Positions 61,017 through 64,000 of a stretch of DNA of 64,000 bases are shown in pieces. How positions within the stretch are numbered: position 1 is the stretch's first letter; every line of letters begins with the position of its first letter. Under the pieces are notes generated by a model. The model was not told the DNA's origin, did not search any database, and was given only the letters and a program-made list of their open reading frames with translations. The DNA is taken from the NCBI GenBank assembly GCA_905181725.1, contig CAJIYX010000059.1:11184-75183 (forward strand), given 5' to 3'. The position numbers were made by a program, and so were the translations under genes. This DNA is from Alphaproteobacteria bacterium UBA830. Its GTDB lineage: Bacteria; Pseudomonadota; Alphaproteobacteria; MPNO01; UBA830.

Positions 61017-62318
61017 TCATTGCGCCGTTTGCCCGGCTGCGTCCTCTTCGATGTCACCGATCTTTGTCATCCGCACCGACGTGATCCGGTTGCGCTGTCG
61101 CCGTGCGATCTGGAATCGGAAGCCGTGAAAATGGAAAATCTGACCGACCTGGGGGATGACCTTTGATTCGTGTATCACGAGCCCGGCGATTGTGGCGGCT
61201 TCCTGATCTGGCAGGTCCCACCCGAATCGGCGGTTGAGGTCGCGCACCGTCACGCCGCCGGCGATCAGATACGATCCGTCGCGTTGCGGCCGGACGCCGA
61301 TCGGTACGACATCGTGTTCATCAGATATATCGCCGACGATTTCTTCGAGAATATCTTCCAGCGTCACAACGCCCATTAGGGCGCCGTATTCGTCGACCAC
61401 CAGAGCGAAATGTTCGCGGCGGCGGCGAAAGGCGTGAAGCTGATCGAGCAGCGTGGTGGATTCGGGAATAAACCAGGGCGGCGTGGCGATATTGTCGAGA
61501 TCCAGCGCATCCAGATCGCCGGTATGGGCGTGCACTTCGCGCAGCATCGCCTTTGCGTGCATGACGCCGACGATGTTGTCCGGCGTGTCGCGCCATAGCG
61601 GGATCCGGGTAAACGGGCTCTCGAGCGCTTCTTCGACGATCTTGCTGGTCGGCAGCGAGGAATCGATCATGAAGATATCGCGCCGGTGCTGCATCACCAT
61701 CTCGACGTCGACATCCGCGAGATCAAGGATGCTGTGCAACATCGCGCGTTCGTGCCCCGCCATTGCACCGCGGCCGCGATGCAGCTCAATCGCGCCGCGT
61801 AGTTCTTCGACGGTGGCGCTCCATTCCTGAGCGCCGTCAAATTTTACGCCGAAGATGCGCTGTACGCCCCGAATGACGTATTGAAGTGCCGACATCACCG
61901 GGCTGAGCAGGCGGACCAGCACCAGAAAGGTCGGCGCGATGGTCAGCGCGAGCTTGTCGGAATGCCGAAATGCATATGTCTTGGGCAGGATCTCGCCGAA
62001 AATGAGCACCAGAAGGGTCATGGCGATGGTCGCGTAGACCACACCGGTTTCGCCGAACAGACTGATCAGGACGCTGGTCGCCAGGGCCGAAGCGAGAATA
62101 TTGACCAGATTATTGCCGAGCAGGATCGTGCCGATCATGTTGTCCTGCTCGCTGCGCAGCCGGTTAACAAGCTTGGCCCGCTTGTCGCCCTTGGCTTCAA
62201 GAAGATGCATGCGTGGGCGGGACGCTGCCGTCAGCGCAGTTTCCGAGCTGGAAAAGAAGGCAGACAGGACAAGAAGGACGGCGATGCCGCTGATCGTAGC
62301 GAGGGTTGCGATTTCCAT
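61017..62318 (-). CDS. HlyC/CorC (CNNM) family Mg2+/Co2+ transporter
   Basis: SAFFSSSETA, LGNNLVNI and GEILPK motifs; CBS pair with VVDEYG..LEDILEEIVG. Confidence 0.93.
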   Translation of the reverse strand: MEIATLATISGIAVLLVLSAFFSSSETALTAASRPRMHLLEAKGDKRAKLVNRLRSEQDNMIGTILLGNNLVNILASALATSVLISLFGETGVVYATIAMTLLVLIFGEILPKTYAFRHSDKLALTIAPTFLVLVRLLSPVMSALQYVIRGVQRIFGVKFDGAQEWSATVEELRGAIELHRGRGAMAGHERAMLHSILDLADVDVEMVMQHRRDIFMIDSSLPTSKIVEEALESPFTRIPLWRDTPDNIVGVMHAKAMLREVHAHTGDLDALDLDNIATPPWFIPESTTLLDQLHAFRRRREHFALVVDEYGALMGVVTLEDILEEIVGDISDEHDVVPIGVRPQRDGSYLIAGGVTVRDLNRRFGWDLPDQEAATIAGLVIHESKVIPQVGQIFHFHGFRFQIARRQRNRITSVRMTKIGDIEEDAAGQTAQ

Positions 62319-62355
62319 CGGGGGGAGGGTCCGCTCCGTTCAGTTGCAGGGCTGT

Positions 62356-62463
62356 GGTTTGATCTACAGGTGTTTGATCGACAGGTGTTTGATCGCCGGG
62401 TGTTTGGTAGTCGTGTGTAATAGCATCGGCATGTGTTCGATCAGCGTGTGTTCGAACGACGGG
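62356..62463. repeat. Degenerate 15-bp tandem array, about 7 units
   Basis: TGTTTGATCGACAGG-like units at 62356, 62371, 62386, 62401, 62416 (18 bp), 62434 and 62449. Confidence 0.85.
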
Positions 62464-62485
62464 GGTAAGAGTACGGGGTGCATTG

Positions 62486-63604
62486 TCATGCTCCTACCGC
62501 GTCGTCGAGCAGTCGTTCGACGTCGCCAAGATCCACATCGCGCGCAACAAAAGCCTTGCCGATGCCGCGCGCCAGAATAAACGTCACCTTGCCGTCCTGG
62601 ACCTTTTTGTCATGCCCCATATGCCGGATCAGCGTTGCCGGTTCCCAGCGCCGGTTCTGTGCTTTGGGGACGGTCATCGGTAGGCCGGTCGCCGCATAGT
62701 GCTGCCGGACGCGGTCGATGTCGGCCACCGGGCACAGATCCAGCGTCGCCGACAGTTCCAGCGCCATAATCATGCCGATCGCCACGGCTTCACCGTGCAG
62801 CAGCTCCGCGCCGAACCCGGTTTCGGCTTCCAGCGCGTGACCGAATGTGTGACCGAAATTGAGCAGCGCCCGCACGCCGTTTTCACGCTCGTCCTCGGCG
62901 ACGACAGCGGCCTTGGCAGCACAGCTTGCGCGCACGGCATAGGCGCGGGCTTCGCCGTCGCCGTCCAGCACCGCCGCGCCATTCTGTTCAAGCCAGTCGA
63001 AAAATCCGACGTCGCGGATAAGGCCGTATTTCACGACCTCGGCGTATCCCGCCACCAATTCGCGGCGCGGCAGCGTGTCCAACACACCGGTATCTGCAAT
63101 GACCAGTTTCGGCTGGTAGAAAGCCCCAGCCAGATTTTTGCCATGCCGCGTATTGATGCCGGTTTTACCGCCGACCGAGCTGTCGACCTGGGCCAGTAGT
63201 GTCGTCGGAATCTGGACAAAATTGATGCCACGCAGAATGATGCTCGCCGCGAAGCCGGTCAGGTCGCCGATCACGCCGCCGCCAAGGGCTATCATCGTCG
63301 AGGAACGTTCCGGCGCGCCGTCGAGCACGGTGTTGACGACGTTCTCGACCGTCGCGAAATTTTTGCTGCCTTCGCCTGGCGGTAACACGATCGTCTGGAA
63401 TGCCAGTCCCGCTTCCCGCAGCGAGTCTTCCAGGGGCGCCAGATAGGTGGCAGCCACCGTCTCGTCCGTCACGACCCAGCATTTTCCGGGTCCCGCCGCA
63501 TTGCGTATCGCCGTGCCCGCTGATTTGAGGGTGCCATCGCCGACGGCGATATCGTATGAGCGGTCGCCAAGGTCGAGCCGCAGGCCGTCGTTCGATCCAG
63601 TCAT
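62486..63604 (-). CDS. aroB: 3-dehydroquinate synthase
   Basis: GGGVIGD, PTTLLAQVDSSVGGKTG, LNFGHTFGHA and LHGEAV motifs. Confidence 0.97.
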   Translation of the reverse strand: MTGSNDGLRLDLGDRSYDIAVGDGTLKSAGTAIRNAAGPGKCWVVTDETVAATYLAPLEDSLREAGLAFQTIVLPPGEGSKNFATVENVVNTVLDGAPERSSTMIALGGGVIGDLTGFAASIILRGINFVQIPTTLLAQVDSSVGGKTGINTRHGKNLAGAFYQPKLVIADTGVLDTLPRRELVAGYAEVVKYGLIRDVGFFDWLEQNGAAVLDGDGEARAYAVRASCAAKAAVVAEDERENGVRALLNFGHTFGHALEAETGFGAELLHGEAVAIGMIMALELSATLDLCPVADIDRVRQHYAATGLPMTVPKAQNRRWEPATLIRHMGHDKKVQDGKVTFILARGIGKAFVARDVDLGDVERLLDDAVGA

Positions 63605-63617
63605 TCGGCCGATCCGG

Positions 63618-64000
63618 TCATTCGGCGGCGGCTTCCGTGGAGCGCTCGTCATCGATGGTTTTGAGGGCATCGATCACCTTCGTTACCGTGACATCCGGGG
63701 ATTCGGCGCCCGATTCCACGGTAAGACTGGCTTCTGCATAACAGGGGTATCTCTCATCGATCAGTCGTTCCAGGGTTTGCCGTTTGTCGCCGTTCTTCAG
63801 CAGGGGTCGATTGTTGCGGTGCGACACCCGCTGCAGGAGCACGTCGATATCCGCCTTCAGCCAGATCGAAATGCCCATCCGCCGCACGTTGTCGCGGGTT
63901 TCCGCATTGACGAAAGCGCCGCCGCCAGTGGCGACGACACGCGGTTCTCCTTCCAGCAGTCGCGCAATAACACGACGTTCGCCGTCGCGAAAAGCCTGTT
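63618..64000 (-). CDS. aroK: Shikimate kinase (3' part; start is outside the window)
   Basis: FRDGERRVI, VATGGG, RPLL and RYPCY motifs; upstream of aroB. Confidence 0.93.
   Translation of the reverse strand, partial: QAFRDGERRVIARLLEGEPRVVATGGGAFVNAETRDNVRRMGISIWLKADIDVLLQRVSHRNNRPLLKNGDKRQTLERLIDERYPCYAEASLTVESGAESPDVTVTKVIDALKTIDDERSTEAAAE

Noticed and set aside
62356-62463. Possible CRISPR array
   Set aside because: The units are contiguous 15-mers with no unique spacers, and there are no cas genes.

Overview
GC-rich alphaproteobacterial chromosome segment with Rhodospirillales-like gene content and synteny. It holds about 65 genes and no rRNA, tRNA, CRISPR, integrase or transposase that I can see. 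Conserved blocks include etfB-etfA-hbd, gluQ/alkA/esterase/HNH, degP, rpmB, bolA/DnaJ-domain/cobS/cobT and aroK-aroB-corC. Metabolic modules include a CDP-alcohol phosphotransferase-hpnN-hpnA lipid cluster, a URC1-URC4-upp uracil-catabolism operon facing two tandem luciferase-like monooxygenases, a DUF1365-cfa/SDR locus and an AbmA/MarR/CoA-ligase aromatic module. Several gene remnants cluster at about 29-43 kb. The most notable signals not covered by the ORF track: (1) a 405-bp AT-richer cargo with an orphan PEP-CTERM tail, bounded by two inverted 71-bp double-hairpin repeats (49060-49606), which looks like a hairpin-bounded cassette; (2) the cfa/DUF1365 locus is split into two convergent units, each with an RpoE(ChrR)-type promoter, with no FAD desaturase next to DUF1365 and an uncharacterised ferritin-like di-iron gene in the middle; (3) a stepwise 6-bp microsatellite inside an RHH DNA-binding strand; (4) a 15-bp array encoding a His-periodic micro-ORF upstream of corC. 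All functional calls come from motif recognition by eye; no database search was run.
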